A stretch of 64,000 bases of DNA from Rhodobacterales bacterium (GCA_965217995.1 CBDCKB010000004.1:1283788-1347787); one strand, 5' to 3'. Counted from the stretch's first letter, positions 36,671 to 46,456 are shown. Numbers and translations are program-made. Notes: generated by a model not told the origin, from the letters alone.

Positions 36671-37251
36671 GGTTGCATGTTTGTTTCTGTGCGCAACCAC
36701 GATGTCTGGCATTCATGCGGGTCTTTCCGGTGTCGGGTTCCTCCCGGAAGCGGTGGAGGCCAGGTTGCGACGAAGGCTCTCTCCATGGCGGGCGAGTAGA
36801 TACCCGACGGCAGGGCCCCATGTGTTTTGGTGGTCTGCAGTTCGTTCCCCACAGAATGTGAACCTCCACGCGACCCGGCAAGGCCAGGTTGGTTCCGTGC
36901 CGGGTGCAGGCGTTTTCGAGCGCGGGACCGAGGATGCTCGGGAGGCGGGTTCCGGGCACAGCGCTCCTGCGGCCGCCTCACGATCGTTGTTTGTTCCGAA
37001 GGGAGTTCTGAATTTGCGGGTGGATGGCGCGTGGCGGCCGCTCTGGAAGGGGTGAACGATTTCCAGCGCGTCAGGCGTAGCATTCCGCGGACCGGCAATT
37101 CGGGGAGTCGTTTGATCCTGTTCGGTGACCGGAAGGTACTTTGCACGACAGGGCTTTTGTGCCATGTGTTCCGTCGGGTGGAGGATTGGGGTATCCTCCC
37201 GTCAGGTGCCTTCCGGGTGCCTGGCGCACGGATTGTAGCGGGGCAGGCGGT

Positions 37252-37518
37252 ATGTCTGAAAGCGTCACGGAACGGATCATCGAGCTGGTGGCCGAAAAGG
37301 CCATGCTGGATGCTGAGAGCGTGACGGTCGAATCGACGCTGGAAGACCTCGGTCTCGATTCGCTGTCGCTGGTCGAATTGGTGTTTGCGATCGAGGAGGC
37401 GTTCGGGATCGAGATCGCCTACAACGCCAATGAGCCGGAGAGGTCGGATTTTGACATCTCGACGGTCGGTGCGGTTGCGGATTCGGTACGGAAACTCGTG
37501 ACGGTGGAGCCGGCCTGA
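37252..37518 (+). CDS. Acyl carrier protein (stand-alone)
   Basis: 88 aa, with ATG 37252 within ORF 37141..37518. The phosphopantetheine attachment motif is LEDLGLDSLSLVELVFAIEEAF. Confidence 0.8.
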   Translation: MSESVTERIIELVAEKAMLDAESVTVESTLEDLGLDSLSLVELVFAIEEAFGIEIAYNANEPERSDFDISTVGAVADSVRKLVTVEPA

Positions 37519-37627
37519 TCCATCCGGGAGGTTTTGCCGGCGGATTGTGGACATGTCCGGATGGGCAGGGTACCACGCGTTTCTTTCCGGCCCGGAGGTA
37601 GCGACGTTTTCCGGATTGCGGTGGCTT

Positions 37628-37703
37628 GCCCAGGTAGCTCAGTCGGTAGAGCAGGGGACTGAAAATCCTCGTGTCGGCGGTTCGATTCCGTCCCTGGGCA
37701 CCC
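37628..37703 (+). tRNA. tRNA-Phe (anticodon GAA)
   Basis: GCCCAGGTAGCTCAGTCGGTAGAGCAGGGGACTGAAAATCCTCGTGTCGGCGGTTCGATTCCGTCCCTGGGCACC. It has a canonical cloverleaf with anticodon loop CTGAAAA. The 3' CCA is not fully encoded (ACCC). Confidence 0.92.
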
Positions 37704-37779
37704 GCTCCCGTGATTCAGCGCACCGGCGGGAATCGCGGCTGGCGGGCAGATGGCATCGGGGCCATGCGCAATGGTGCGG

Positions 37780-37854
37780 TGGTGGGCGCGGGTGGGATCG
37801 AACCACCGACCCCTACGATGTCAACGTAGTGCTCTCCCACTGAGCTACGCGCCC
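37780..37854 (-). tRNA. tRNA-Val (anticodon GAC)
   Basis: The reverse complement reads GGGCGCGTAGCTCAGTGGGAGAGCACTACGTTGACATCGTAGGGGTCGGTGGTTCGATCCCACCCGCGCCCACCA. The anticodon loop is TTGACAT and the CCA is encoded. Confidence 0.92.
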
Positions 37855-37908
37855 ACGCCACGGGGTTTCTAGGAGGCCGCCCCCGGCCGGTCAACCCGTC
37901 CGCCCGAG

Positions 37909-38886
37909 TCACCGACCCTTCGCAGACCGGGGCGGTTCTGTGGAATGCCTTTGATGATAGGCCTCCCGCCGGTAGACGTAGAGTCCCGAGGCAATGATAA
38001 TGGCGATGCCGCCCCAGGCGATGAGAACCGGGAAATCCCCGTAGAAGATCCATCCGAGCAATGTCGCAGAGATAATTTCCAGATATTGCAACGGTGCGAT
38101 CAACATCACCGGGACATACCGCAAGGCTGTTGCCATCAGGGTGTGGCCGAGGGCTGCGACCGCTCCGAGTGCCGCGAGCCAGAGCAACTGGTTGGCATTC
38201 GGCAATACGGGCATGGCCGCCTCGATTCCTGCCGCCGAACCGGCCAGGATGAAGAGGCCGAGGGTCAGGGTCGCCGAGTAGCCGGTGTAGACCTGTATCG
38301 TGATGGGACTGGTGAAAGGAATCAGACGCCGGGCAGCGATAATATAGAGTGAGAAGCACAGCGCAGTGCCCAGCGGCATCAGGGCCGGCCAGCCGACCTC
38401 CATGAAATTCGGCCGGATCACCAGCATGGCACCGACAAACCCGACCAGGATCGCTCCTATCCGGTGCAGGCCGACTCGTTCTCCGAGCAGGAGCACGGCG
38501 AGGATGGTCAGTACCATCGGTTCGACGAAGAAGATCGAAATTGCGTCGGCAAGGGGCAGAAATTTCAGGCCGATGAAGAAAAACAGCGTCGCCAGTGCCA
38601 TGGCACAGCCGGGAGCGAGCAGCAGTGCCGGCCGCCGTATGCGGAATCCGTTGGGGCCCTCGATCACCAGGACCACGGCGGTGAGCAGGATGGAATGCAT
38701 GGCAAACCGTCCGAAGGCGATCTCGACCGCCGGCAATTCATCGGTCAGTCCTTTGGCGATGGCATCCAGTCCCGGCAGTATCAGCATCGCCGCGATGGCG
38801 ATCAGCAATCCGCGATGGGGGATGGGACCGGCGGGATCCGGCGCCTCGTTGCCGGTCAGACCGCCGGGCGGTCGGGGTGAGGGCAT
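37909..38886 (-). CDS. DMT-superfamily (EamA-like) transporter
   Basis: Start at MPSPRPPGG (38886) within ORF 37909..39471. It has ~10 hydrophobic helices and two EamA-like halves. Confidence 0.85.
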   Translation of the reverse strand: MPSPRPPGGLTGNEAPDPAGPIPHRGLLIAIAAMLILPGLDAIAKGLTDELPAVEIAFGRFAMHSILLTAVVLVIEGPNGFRIRRPALLLAPGCAMALATLFFFIGLKFLPLADAISIFFVEPMVLTILAVLLLGERVGLHRIGAILVGFVGAMLVIRPNFMEVGWPALMPLGTALCFSLYIIAARRLIPFTSPITIQVYTGYSATLTLGLFILAGSAAGIEAAMPVLPNANQLLWLAALGAVAALGHTLMATALRYVPVMLIAPLQYLEIISATLLGWIFYGDFPVLIAWGGIAIIIASGLYVYRREAYHQRHSTEPPRSAKGR

Positions 38887-39028
38887 GGGCTGCTTCCGGA
38901 TTGTCGGGGCACCGCCGGAGTTCTGTTCCGCCAGCACTACGTTGGGCGCGGCTATTGTATGGCCGTGGAGGGCTGGGTGCAGTCGCGGCGAGGTCCCTCC
39001 CTGCGAGCATGGCGCGGAGACCGGGAAT

Positions 39029-39604
39029 ATGCACGAAGCCGACAGCGACCCCCCGCCCAGCCGGGGCCGACTGGTGCGCTCGGTCGTGCTTGTCGGGCTG
39101 ATGGGCGCGGGCAAGAGTGCCATCGGCCTGCGGCTGGCGGATCGTCTGGGGGCGGCTTTTACCGACAGCGACAGGCTGGTTGAAAGCCGGGCCGGGATGA
39201 GCGTGCCGGAAATTTTCCAGCAGCAGGGCGAGCCTGCTTTCCGCGCCCTCGAGCATGCCGCGATGGCCGACAGCCTTCTGGCCCCGCCGCAGGTGATTGC
39301 GGCCGGTGGCGGGACGTTTCTGGATCCCCGCACCCGCGAGAACATCCACCGATGCGCCGTGTCGATCTGGCTGCGTGCCAGCCTCGACCTGCTCGTCGAA
39401 CGCTGTGCGCGGAACGACAGGCGGCCGCTCCTGCGGGGTCGGGATATCCGCGCCGTGCTCGAATCCCTCATGGCCGAACGCCATCCGGTCTATGCGGAGG
39501 CCGACATCACCCTCGATTCCGTGGCCGGGCCCCATGACAGGATGGTGACAAGACTGTGCGAGGCGCTCGAGGAGCGTGGATGGCTCGCCGGGAGAGACGG
39601 CTGA
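39029..39604 (+). CDS. aroK: Shikimate kinase
   Basis: ATG 39029 within ORF 38366..39604. Walker A motif VLVGLMGAGKSAIG, plus DSD and GGG(T/A) motifs. It sits directly upstream of aroB. Confidence 0.9.
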   Translation: MHEADSDPPPSRGRLVRSVVLVGLMGAGKSAIGLRLADRLGAAFTDSDRLVESRAGMSVPEIFQQQGEPAFRALEHAAMADSLLAPPQVIAAGGGTFLDPRTRENIHRCAVSIWLRASLDLLVERCARNDRRPLLRGRDIRAVLESLMAERHPVYAEADITLDSVAGPHDRMVTRLCEALEERGWLAGRDG

Positions 39605-40722
39605 TGGCGGAGAAAATACTGCGGGTGGAGTTGGGCGCGCGGAGCTACAACATCCATATCGGTGCCGGCCTGCTGGAGCGGACGGGCGGGATTCTCCGGC
39701 CGGTCCTGGGGGGCGGGCGCATCGCGGTGGTGACGGATGAGCGGGTGGCCGGGCTCCATCTCGACCGGCTGTCGGCCTCGCTCGCCGCGGCGGGTTTTGA
39801 CGCCTCGCCCGTGCTCCTGCCTTCGGGGGAGACAGCCAAGAGTCTGGATGAGTTTGCGAAACTCATGGACCGGCTGCTGGATCTGCGACTCGGCCGGGAT
39901 GGTACGGTGGTTGCGTTCGGTGGCGGTGTGACCGGGGATGTGGCGGGGTTTGCCGCAGCGGCACTCTATCGGGGCGTGAAATGGATCCAGATCCCGACCA
40001 CATTGCTCGCGCAGACAGACAGTTCTGTCGGGGGGAAGACGGGGATCAACATGCGCCAGGGGAAGAACCTGGTGGGGGCCTTCCATCAGCCGTCCTGTGT
40101 GATCGCCGATCCCGACCTCCTTTCGACCCTGCCGATGCGGGAGTGGCGCGCAGGCTATGCCGAGATTGCCAAGATCGCGTTGCTCGGCGATGCGGAATTC
40201 TTTGCCTGGCTCGAGCAGCGGGTTGCGGAGATTCTTTCGGGCAGCGGAAATGCGGTGGCCGAGGCGGTGCATGCCGCCTGTGCGGCCAAGGCAGAGATCG
40301 TTGCCGGGGACGAGACCGAGGAGGGGCGGCGTGCGCTGCTGAATCTGGGACACAGTTTTGGCCACGCTCTCGAAGCGGTGGCCGGCTACGACGGTGGTTT
40401 CGTTCATGGCGAGGCGGTGGCGGTCGGTACCGTCCTGGCTGTCGAGGCATCGAGACGCATGGGTTTCTGCGAGGAGAGTGTGCCGGTGCGGGTGCGCGCG
40501 CATCTGCAGGCGGCCGGCTTGCCGGTTTCGCTGCGGCAGCTGGCCGATCTCCCCTGGGACACCGGCCAGTTGCTTGAACGGATGGCGCAGGACAAGAAAT
40601 TCCGCGACGGCAGGCCGGTATTGGTGCTGCTTCGTGCGGTCGGTGAGGCGTTTGTCTGCCGCACCCCGGATATGGATGTGGTCCGGGAGGTGTTGCAGGA
40701 AGCCTGCGCCGCAGATCGATAG
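39604..40722 (+). CDS. aroB: 3-dehydroquinate synthase
   Basis: ATG 39604 overlaps the aroK stop. It contains GGGVTGDVAGFAAA, PTTLLAQTDSSVGGKTGIN and LNLGHSFGHALE. Confidence 0.95.
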   Translation: MAEKILRVELGARSYNIHIGAGLLERTGGILRPVLGGGRIAVVTDERVAGLHLDRLSASLAAAGFDASPVLLPSGETAKSLDEFAKLMDRLLDLRLGRDGTVVAFGGGVTGDVAGFAAAALYRGVKWIQIPTTLLAQTDSSVGGKTGINMRQGKNLVGAFHQPSCVIADPDLLSTLPMREWRAGYAEIAKIALLGDAEFFAWLEQRVAEILSGSGNAVAEAVHAACAAKAEIVAGDETEEGRRALLNLGHSFGHALEAVAGYDGGFVHGEAVAVGTVLAVEASRRMGFCEESVPVRVRAHLQAAGLPVSLRQLADLPWDTGQLLERMAQDKKFRDGRPVLVLLRAVGEAFVCRTPDMDVVREVLQEACAADR

Positions 40723-40730
40723 GGACCGGA

Positions 40731-42029
40731 ATGCCTTCCCTGTGCCGGGATTGCGGTGCCTCTGATTCGGATTCGAAACCGGCCGGAATCTGTGCCGCCT
40801 GTGGCGGGGTCCGCCGGGTCTCCCATGCCGAACTTGCGGAACTTTCGATCGCGCATGTGGACTGTGACGCGTTCTACGCCGCGGTCGAGAAGCGCGACCG
40901 CCCGGAATTGCGCGACCGCCCGGTGATCGTCGGCGGTGGTCGGCGCGGTGTCGTGGCCACGGCCTGCTATCTCGCCCGCCGCTCCGGCGTGCACTCGGCC
41001 ATGCCCATGTTCGAGGCCCGGCAGCGCTGTCCCGATGCCGTGGTGGTGCCGCCCGACATGCGCCGCTACCAGGAGGTGTCGGGGCGCGTTTTCGAGCGGA
41101 TGTATGCGCTGACGCCGAAGGTGGAATCGGTTTCGATCGATGAGGCCTATCTGGATCTTTCCGGCACCACCGGCCTGTTCGGGCGGTTTCCGGCGGAGTC
41201 GCTGGCACGGTTTGCAGGCGAGGTCGAGCGGGAGATCGGCATCACCATATCGGTGGGGCTGAGCACCAACAAACTCCTCGCCAAGATTGCCTCCGAGCAG
41301 AACAAGCCATGCGGATTTACGGTGATCGGGCGACAGGAGGCGGCGGCCCTGCTCGGGCCGATGCCGGTACGCGTTCTGCCCGGTGTCGGCCCCGTGCTGG
41401 AAAAGAAACTGGTCGCCGGGGGGATCTGCAAGGTGGGTGATCTCGTGCAGCTGTCTCCCGGACAGCTCTCACGCCGGTTTGGGAGCATCGGCCGACGGCT
41501 CGCGGAATACGCCCGGGGGGAGGATTCACGCCCCATCCGGGGTGCCCGGCCGGCGAAGAGCATCTCATCGGAGGTCACGCTGGAGCGGGATCTGTCGGAT
41601 CCCGCGGGTCTGCAGAAGGTTCTTGCCCGGGTCGCAGGGACGCTGGCAGGTCGGTTGGCCCTGCGGGGTCTGGCGGGAGAAAATGTCACCCTCAAACTCA
41701 AGACCGCGGATTTTCGGCTCCTGACCCGTTCGTGTTCGGTCGGCCGACCGGTCTGCTCGGCGGGCGAATTGCTGCGGACGGTGCGTCCGCTCCTGGAGCG
41801 CGAGGCCGATGGCCGGGCGTTCCGCCTGGTGGGCATCGGCGTCCACAAATTGCGGGCGATGGGCAAGGAGGAGGAGCTGCCGTCCCTGTTCGGGCCGCCC
41901 GGAGGCGTCGAGAATCCGCGGTTGCGCGACGCCCTGCGCGAGATCCGCGAGCGTTATGGCGCGGATGCGCTGCGGGAGGGGATCGAGGAGCTGGAGCCGA
42001 CGCGGGGGTCGGGGGGAGCGGATGAGTGA
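40731..42029 (+). CDS. dinB: DNA polymerase IV (Y-family) with N-terminal CxxC-x12-CxxC extension
   Basis: It contains AHVDCDAFYAAVEKRD, SIDEAYLD and the LPVRVLPGVGP region. The N-terminal CRDC...CAAC zinc-ribbon-like extension is, to my knowledge, common in alphaproteobacterial DinB. Confidence 0.93.
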   Translation: MPSLCRDCGASDSDSKPAGICAACGGVRRVSHAELAELSIAHVDCDAFYAAVEKRDRPELRDRPVIVGGGRRGVVATACYLARRSGVHSAMPMFEARQRCPDAVVVPPDMRRYQEVSGRVFERMYALTPKVESVSIDEAYLDLSGTTGLFGRFPAESLARFAGEVEREIGITISVGLSTNKLLAKIASEQNKPCGFTVIGRQEAAALLGPMPVRVLPGVGPVLEKKLVAGGICKVGDLVQLSPGQLSRRFGSIGRRLAEYARGEDSRPIRGARPAKSISSEVTLERDLSDPAGLQKVLARVAGTLAGRLALRGLAGENVTLKLKTADFRLLTRSCSVGRPVCSAGELLRTVRPLLEREADGRAFRLVGIGVHKLRAMGKEEELPSLFGPPGGVENPRLRDALREIRERYGADALREGIEELEPTRGSGGADE

Positions 42030-42030
42030 T

Positions 42031-42990
42031 TCAGCCCGAGCAACTGGCACCGCCGAGAACGCAGAATTTGGCGCAATGCGGATGGTTGAGTTTTACCGGG
42101 CGTTCGGCCTCTTCGAGGCTGTGTCCGAGTTCGAATTGCGGGTCTTCGGTGATCAGCGTGCAGGCGAGCACGCTTGGACGCTCGGCCCCCTTGCGCTTGA
42201 CGACCATGCGCGAGGAGGAGCACATGACCTCTTCGGGCTGGCGGCCGAGAATGTCCCAGCACTGCTCGGTGATCTCGGGGACATCGGCGGTCTCGTCCAT
42301 TTCCGGGAACAGCACGCATTGGACGGGATCGCTCGCGTCGATGGCGAATCCGTTTTGTGTGAAGAGCCGCCTGTAGCCGGTCCGGGATTTGGCGTCGTTT
42401 TCATTCCAGATGGTGCGGCCGGCAACATGCATCTGGAAGCCGTTTTCTGAAAGCCAGCGCATGCCGGCCAGGGTGACTTCAAAACTGCCCTTGCCGCGTT
42501 CGTTGTCATGGAATTTGGCGGAGAAGTGATCCATGGAGACGCGGAGCGTCAGTTGCGCCCCGAAGCGCTCGTGCAGATCCAGCAGCCCTTTCTGCACGCG
42601 CGGGCGCATCATTGGTCGCATCGCATTGGTGAGTACGAGGACCTTGTAGCCGGCTTCGAGCGAGGCTTCGATCATGCCGATGATCTGGGGGTTCATGAAC
42701 GGTTCCCCCCCGGTGAAGCCGATTTCGGTGGTCGGCCAGTCGCGTTCGCGGATCTGTTCCAGATAGTCGGCGACCTCGTCGCGCGTCATATAGACCAGGG
42801 AGTCGTTGGTCGGACTGGACTTGATGTAGCAGCGGACACATTCGATGTTGCAGAGCGTCCCGGTGTTGAACCAGAGGGTCTGCACCCCCTCAAGTTCGAC
42901 GACGGCCCGTCGTTCGCCGGTGGCGGTGCGGTCCGGGTGGCAGAATTTTGCCAGGCGCACCGTGCCGATTTCTGTCGTTTGCATGCTCAT
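42031..42990 (-). CDS. Radical SAM protein with C-terminal Cys-rich tail (ArsS-like / DUF3641-type family)
   Basis: 319 aa with a CxxxCxxC cluster motif (CNIECVRC), GGEPFMNP, and a C-terminal [17 protein letters not shown]. The tail resembles the Cys-rich end of the radical SAM/Cys-rich family that includes arsenosugar synthase ArsS. Confidence 0.8.
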   Translation of the reverse strand: MSMQTTEIGTVRLAKFCHPDRTATGERRAVVELEGVQTLWFNTGTLCNIECVRCYIKSSPTNDSLVYMTRDEVADYLEQIRERDWPTTEIGFTGGEPFMNPQIIGMIEASLEAGYKVLVLTNAMRPMMRPRVQKGLLDLHERFGAQLTLRVSMDHFSAKFHDNERGKGSFEVTLAGMRWLSENGFQMHVAGRTIWNENDAKSRTGYRRLFTQNGFAIDASDPVQCVLFPEMDETADVPEITEQCWDILGRQPEEVMCSSSRMVVKRKGAERPSVLACTLITEDPQFELGHSLEEAERPVKLNHPHCAKFCVLGGASCSG

Positions 42991-43315
42991 CCGCCATCCC
43001 CGTAATGCTGACCTGTGCCCCTCTGGCGGGGGCCGTTGCTCGAGTGCTTTGGCCCAGAATGCCGGAATTTGGCGGGCAAAAGCAAAAAAGTCAATAAAGC
43101 CCGCCCAATCCGGGCGACGAGCACTCCGGCTTCCCGCCCGCTCGGGACGGCTACCCTTGCGCCCTTGGGCCGGTTTTCAGGATCATACCCCATTTGGAAA
43201 TTCGCCGGAGGTCCTTGCCTGGACTCCGCCCTCTGTGCGGTCGGTGGCGGAATGCCGGCTCTGCCGGTATATTCAGGTAGCCGGACATCGGGTCCGGGTT
43301 GTACGGAGATTCAGC

Positions 43316-43555
43316 ATGGGTATCGGCTGGCCACAGATTCTCATTGTTGTCGTGCTTCTTGTCCTGTTGTTCGGGCGCGGGAAGATTTCTGATCTGATGG
43401 GGGACGTGGCCAAGGGAATCAAGAGTTTCAAGAAGGGCATCCGGGAAGAGCCGCCGACGACCGCTCCGCAGGTTACGGATACCACGGACGCTACCGGGCC
43501 GACTGTGGAACCTGTTGCGGCACGGCAGGAAGCCGGCGGTCCGGGCAAGATCTAA
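43316..43555 (+). CDS. tatA: Twin-arginine translocase subunit TatA
   Basis: [41 protein letters not shown] is a canonical TatA/E N-terminus. Confidence 0.9.
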   Translation: MGIGWPQILIVVVLLVLLFGRGKISDLMGDVAKGIKSFKKGIREEPPTTAPQVTDTTDATGPTVEPVAARQEAGGPGKI

Positions 43556-43567
43556 GTACCCCCCTCC

Positions 43568-43936
43568 GTGCTTGACATCGGTTGGTCCGAGCTCCTTGTC
43601 ATTGGCGTTCTGGCGCTCCTGGTGGTGGGGCCGAAGGAACTGCCACGATTGTTGCGTACCGTCGGCCAGTGGGCTGGCCGTGCCCGTAGCATGGCCCGCG
43701 ATTTCCAGCGCAGCATGGACGATGTGGCTCGGGAGGCCGATCTCGGTGATCTCGCAGAAACTCGCAAAATTATGGGGGACATGCGTGCGGTACGGGACGA
43801 GGCGACCCGGGGGCTTGCCAATCCGGGAGGCTGGGCGCGTGATGCGGCGGCAGGGGAGAAAGCCGGACCGTCCGGATCTCCCGGGGCACCGGAATCGGGC
43901 CCGGGGACTCCGGCTGCACCGTCCGGCAACGGCTGA
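43568..43936 (+). CDS. tatB: Twin-arginine translocase subunit TatB
   Basis: GTG start. (M/V)[34 protein letters not shown]. It lies between tatA and tatC. Confidence 0.88.
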   Translation: MLDIGWSELLVIGVLALLVVGPKELPRLLRTVGQWAGRARSMARDFQRSMDDVAREADLGDLAETRKIMGDMRAVRDEATRGLANPGGWARDAAAGEKAGPSGSPGAPESGPGTPAAPSGNG

Positions 43937-43966
43937 CGCCGCCGGGCTTGAGGCCGGGCGCGGGTC

Positions 43967-44794
43967 ATGAGCCAGGAGGATATCGACGCTACCAAGGCAC
44001 CGCTGCTCGAGCATCTCGTCGAGTTGCGCCGCCGGTTGCTGTGGTCGGTTCTCTCTCTTCTGATTGCGGTGATCGGCTGCTACGTTTTTGCGGCTGACAT
44101 CTACCATCTGCTGACCCTGCCGCTGGTCGGGGCGATGGAGTCCCGAGGCCAGGAAGCGGAGCTGATCTTCACCGCCCTGCATGAGGCGTTTTTCACCTAT
44201 CTCCGCCTCGCTGTGTTCGGGGGCATCTGTGTGGCCTTCCCGGTGGTCGCCGCACAGCTCTGGATGTTCGTGGCCCCGGGCCTCTTCCGCAACGAGCGCA
44301 AGGCCTTCCTGCCGTTCCTCCTGGCCACCCCGGTCCTGTTTCTGGCCGGCGCAAGCCTGGTCTATCTGGTGATCATGCCGCTCGCCATCGACTTTTTTCT
44401 CGATTTCGAGGCACCGGGGGGCGACGAGGCAGCGGGGATCGTGTTCCTCGGCAAGGTGGACCAGTATCTGAGTCTGGTGATGACCTTCATCCTCGCCTTC
44501 GGCATCTGCTTCCAGCTGCCGGTGCTTCTCACCCTGCTCGGGCGGGTCGGGATCGTCACCGCGGCGGGTCTTGCCAGAAAGCGGCGCTATGCGGTGGTCG
44601 GGATTGCGGCCGCCGCCGCGCTGCTGACCCCCCCCGATCCGATCAGCCAGATCGGTCTCGCTGTGCCCATCTATCTGCTGTATGAGGCCTCGATCCATCT
44701 CGTGCGCCTGGTCGAGAAAAAGGCCGAGGCGCGCCGCCGCGCGGAGGAGGCGGCGGCGGAAAGCGAAGCGGAGGCACCGGCCGGTGATGGCTGA
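43967..44794 (+). CDS. tatC: Twin-arginine translocase subunit TatC
   Basis: 275 aa, six TM helices. It contains PLLEHLVELRRRLL, FVAPGL and LLTPPDPISQ. Confidence 0.95.
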   Translation: MSQEDIDATKAPLLEHLVELRRRLLWSVLSLLIAVIGCYVFAADIYHLLTLPLVGAMESRGQEAELIFTALHEAFFTYLRLAVFGGICVAFPVVAAQLWMFVAPGLFRNERKAFLPFLLATPVLFLAGASLVYLVIMPLAIDFFLDFEAPGGDEAAGIVFLGKVDQYLSLVMTFILAFGICFQLPVLLTLLGRVGIVTAAGLARKRRYAVVGIAAAAALLTPPDPISQIGLAVPIYLLYEASIHLVRLVEKKAEARRRAEEAAAESEAEAPAGDG

Positions 44795-45662
44795 ACCCGA
44801 TCTGGAGCGGCAGATGACGCGGATCGCGGCCGCGCTTGAGCGGCTGGCACCGGGCCCGCTGCCGGTGCCCGGATTCAGCCGGGGGGAAGCCTATGTCTGG
44901 CGCGCCGACCCGGACCGTTTCGAGGCGGTGGCCGAGGTCAACCGCATTCCGCTCCGGCTGCTTGTCGGAATCGACTCCGTCCGCGAGGCATTTCTCGGCA
45001 ATCTCCGGCAGTTCGCCCGCGGGCATGCGGCCAACAATGTCCTGCTCTGGGGGGCCCGCGGCATGGGCAAGAGTTCGCTCGTGAAGGCCGCCCATGCCGA
45101 GATTGCCGCGGAGTCGGGGCACGAGCCGCTGGTGCTGGTCGAGATCGACCGCGCCGAAATCAATGCCCTGCACCGTCTGCTCGAAGTGTTGCGGCCTGAA
45201 TCGGGATCGAGATTCCTGCTGTTTTGCGACGACCTCACTTTTGATGCGCCCGACCGGGACTACCGGGCGCTCAAGGCGGTGCTCGATGGCGGGGTTGCCG
45301 GTCGTCCGCCGAACACGCTGTTCTGTGCCACGTCCAACCGCCGCCATCTGGTCCCGCGCACGATGATCGAGAACGAGCGGCAGACCGCCATCACGCCGAG
45401 CGAGGCGACCGAGGAGAAGGTCTCCCTCTCGGACCGGTTCGGCCTGTGGCTGGGGTTCCACGCCTGCTCGCAGGATGCGTTTCTCGAGATGGTGCGTGGC
45501 TACTGCGACGCCTATGGAATCGAGATCGGCGAGGAGGAGCTGCGGGCCGAGGCGGTCGCCTGGCGGCAGGTGCGGGGGTCGATCTCCGGCCGGGTGGCCT
45601 GGCAGTGCGCGTGCCATCTCGCCGGCTCGCGCGGCCGCATGCTCGACTCCGGAGCCGCCTGA
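44787..45662 (+). CDS. DUF815-type AAA ATPase
   Basis: ATG 44787 overlaps the tatC stop. Walker A motif LLWGARGMGKSSLVKA, with an FCDDLTF-type Walker B region. Confidence 0.78.
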   Translation: MAEPDLERQMTRIAAALERLAPGPLPVPGFSRGEAYVWRADPDRFEAVAEVNRIPLRLLVGIDSVREAFLGNLRQFARGHAANNVLLWGARGMGKSSLVKAAHAEIAAESGHEPLVLVEIDRAEINALHRLLEVLRPESGSRFLLFCDDLTFDAPDRDYRALKAVLDGGVAGRPPNTLFCATSNRRHLVPRTMIENERQTAITPSEATEEKVSLSDRFGLWLGFHACSQDAFLEMVRGYCDAYGIEIGEEELRAEAVAWRQVRGSISGRVAWQCACHLAGSRGRMLDSGAA

Positions 45663-45663
45663 A

Positions 45664-46437
45664 ATGGCCGCCTGGGGGAAAATTCTGGGCGGGGTCGCCG
45701 GTTATGCGATTGGCGGTCCGATCGGCGCACTGATCGGGCTCGCGGCCGGTGCCGGCATCGATGCCCGGCGTTCGCGCAGGGCTCGCGACGTAGAGTGGGA
45801 TCAGCCTGGGGAGATTCCCGAGCAGGCGTTCACGGCCACGATTGCGGCCGGCGTCGCCGCCCTGGCGGCCAAACTCGCCAAGGCCGACGGCCTGGTCGGG
45901 CGCGCTGAGGTGGAGGCGTTCCGCAGTGTCTTCCCGCCCGAATTCGCCGAGCTGGAAGGGATCAGCGATGTCTACAACGAAGCCAAGCGCTCGGCCGAGG
46001 GCTATGAGGTGTATGCCCAGCAGATCGCCGCCATGTTTCAGGAGCGGCGCGGTGCCCTCCTCTATGTCTACGAGCTCCTTTGGGTGGTGGCACTCGCGGA
46101 TGGAGACCTGCATCCGGCCGAGGATAGGTTCCTCAACCATGTCGCGCTCATCTTCGGTCTGTCGCACCAGGAAGTCACGGCGGTGCGGGGACATCATCGC
46201 TGGTCCGCAGCGGTCCAGGGCGGTGACACCATTGACGCCGATCACGCGGTGCTCGGCCTTTCGACCGACGCCATGAATGAGGATGTGCGTCACGCCCACC
46301 GGCAGCTGGTGCGGGAACTGCATCCGGACCGGCTGATCGCGCAGGGGGTGCCGGAGGAGATGGTCGCGCAGGCCACCCAGCGCATGGCATCGGTGAATTC
46401 CGCCTATGACCGGGTCCGAAAGCATCGCGGGATGTGA
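45664..46437 (+). CDS. djlA: DjlA-like co-chaperone (TerB-like domain plus C-terminal J domain)
   Basis: It has an N-terminal Gly-rich membrane segment (WGKILGGVAGYAIGGPIGALIGLAAG), a TerB-like middle, and a C-terminal J domain (AVLGLSTDA...HRQLVRELHPDRL). Confidence 0.72.
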   Translation: MAAWGKILGGVAGYAIGGPIGALIGLAAGAGIDARRSRRARDVEWDQPGEIPEQAFTATIAAGVAALAAKLAKADGLVGRAEVEAFRSVFPPEFAELEGISDVYNEAKRSAEGYEVYAQQIAAMFQERRGALLYVYELLWVVALADGDLHPAEDRFLNHVALIFGLSHQEVTAVRGHHRWSAAVQGGDTIDADHAVLGLSTDAMNEDVRHAHRQLVRELHPDRLIAQGVPEEMVAQATQRMASVNSAYDRVRKHRGM

Positions 46438-46456
46438 TGGGGAGTGCGGTTCTGGA

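Noticed and set aside
36594-37251. Two-piece alphaproteobacterial tmRNA, or another known ncRNA, in the folD-ACP gap
   Set aside because: I searched by eye for a T-arm (GGTTCGA..), a short ANDN-type tag ORF followed by a stop, and RNase P or SRP core motifs. The only NND-like reading (minus strand, ~36985) continues for over 100 codons without a stop. No support was found, so the region is left as an unexplained gap.
37909-39604. Track ORFs 37909..39471 (minus, 520 aa) and 38366..39604 (plus, 412 aa) taken at full length
   Set aside because: They overlap each other antisense. Only the membrane-protein part (to 38886) and the shikimate kinase part (from 39029) have real protein features. The extensions are shadows.
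40731-40900. N-terminal CxxC-x12-CxxC extension on DinB as a novel domain fusion
   Set aside because: To my knowledge this zinc-ribbon-like extension is widespread in alphaproteobacterial DNA polymerase IV annotations, so it is probably a lineage norm rather than a novelty.
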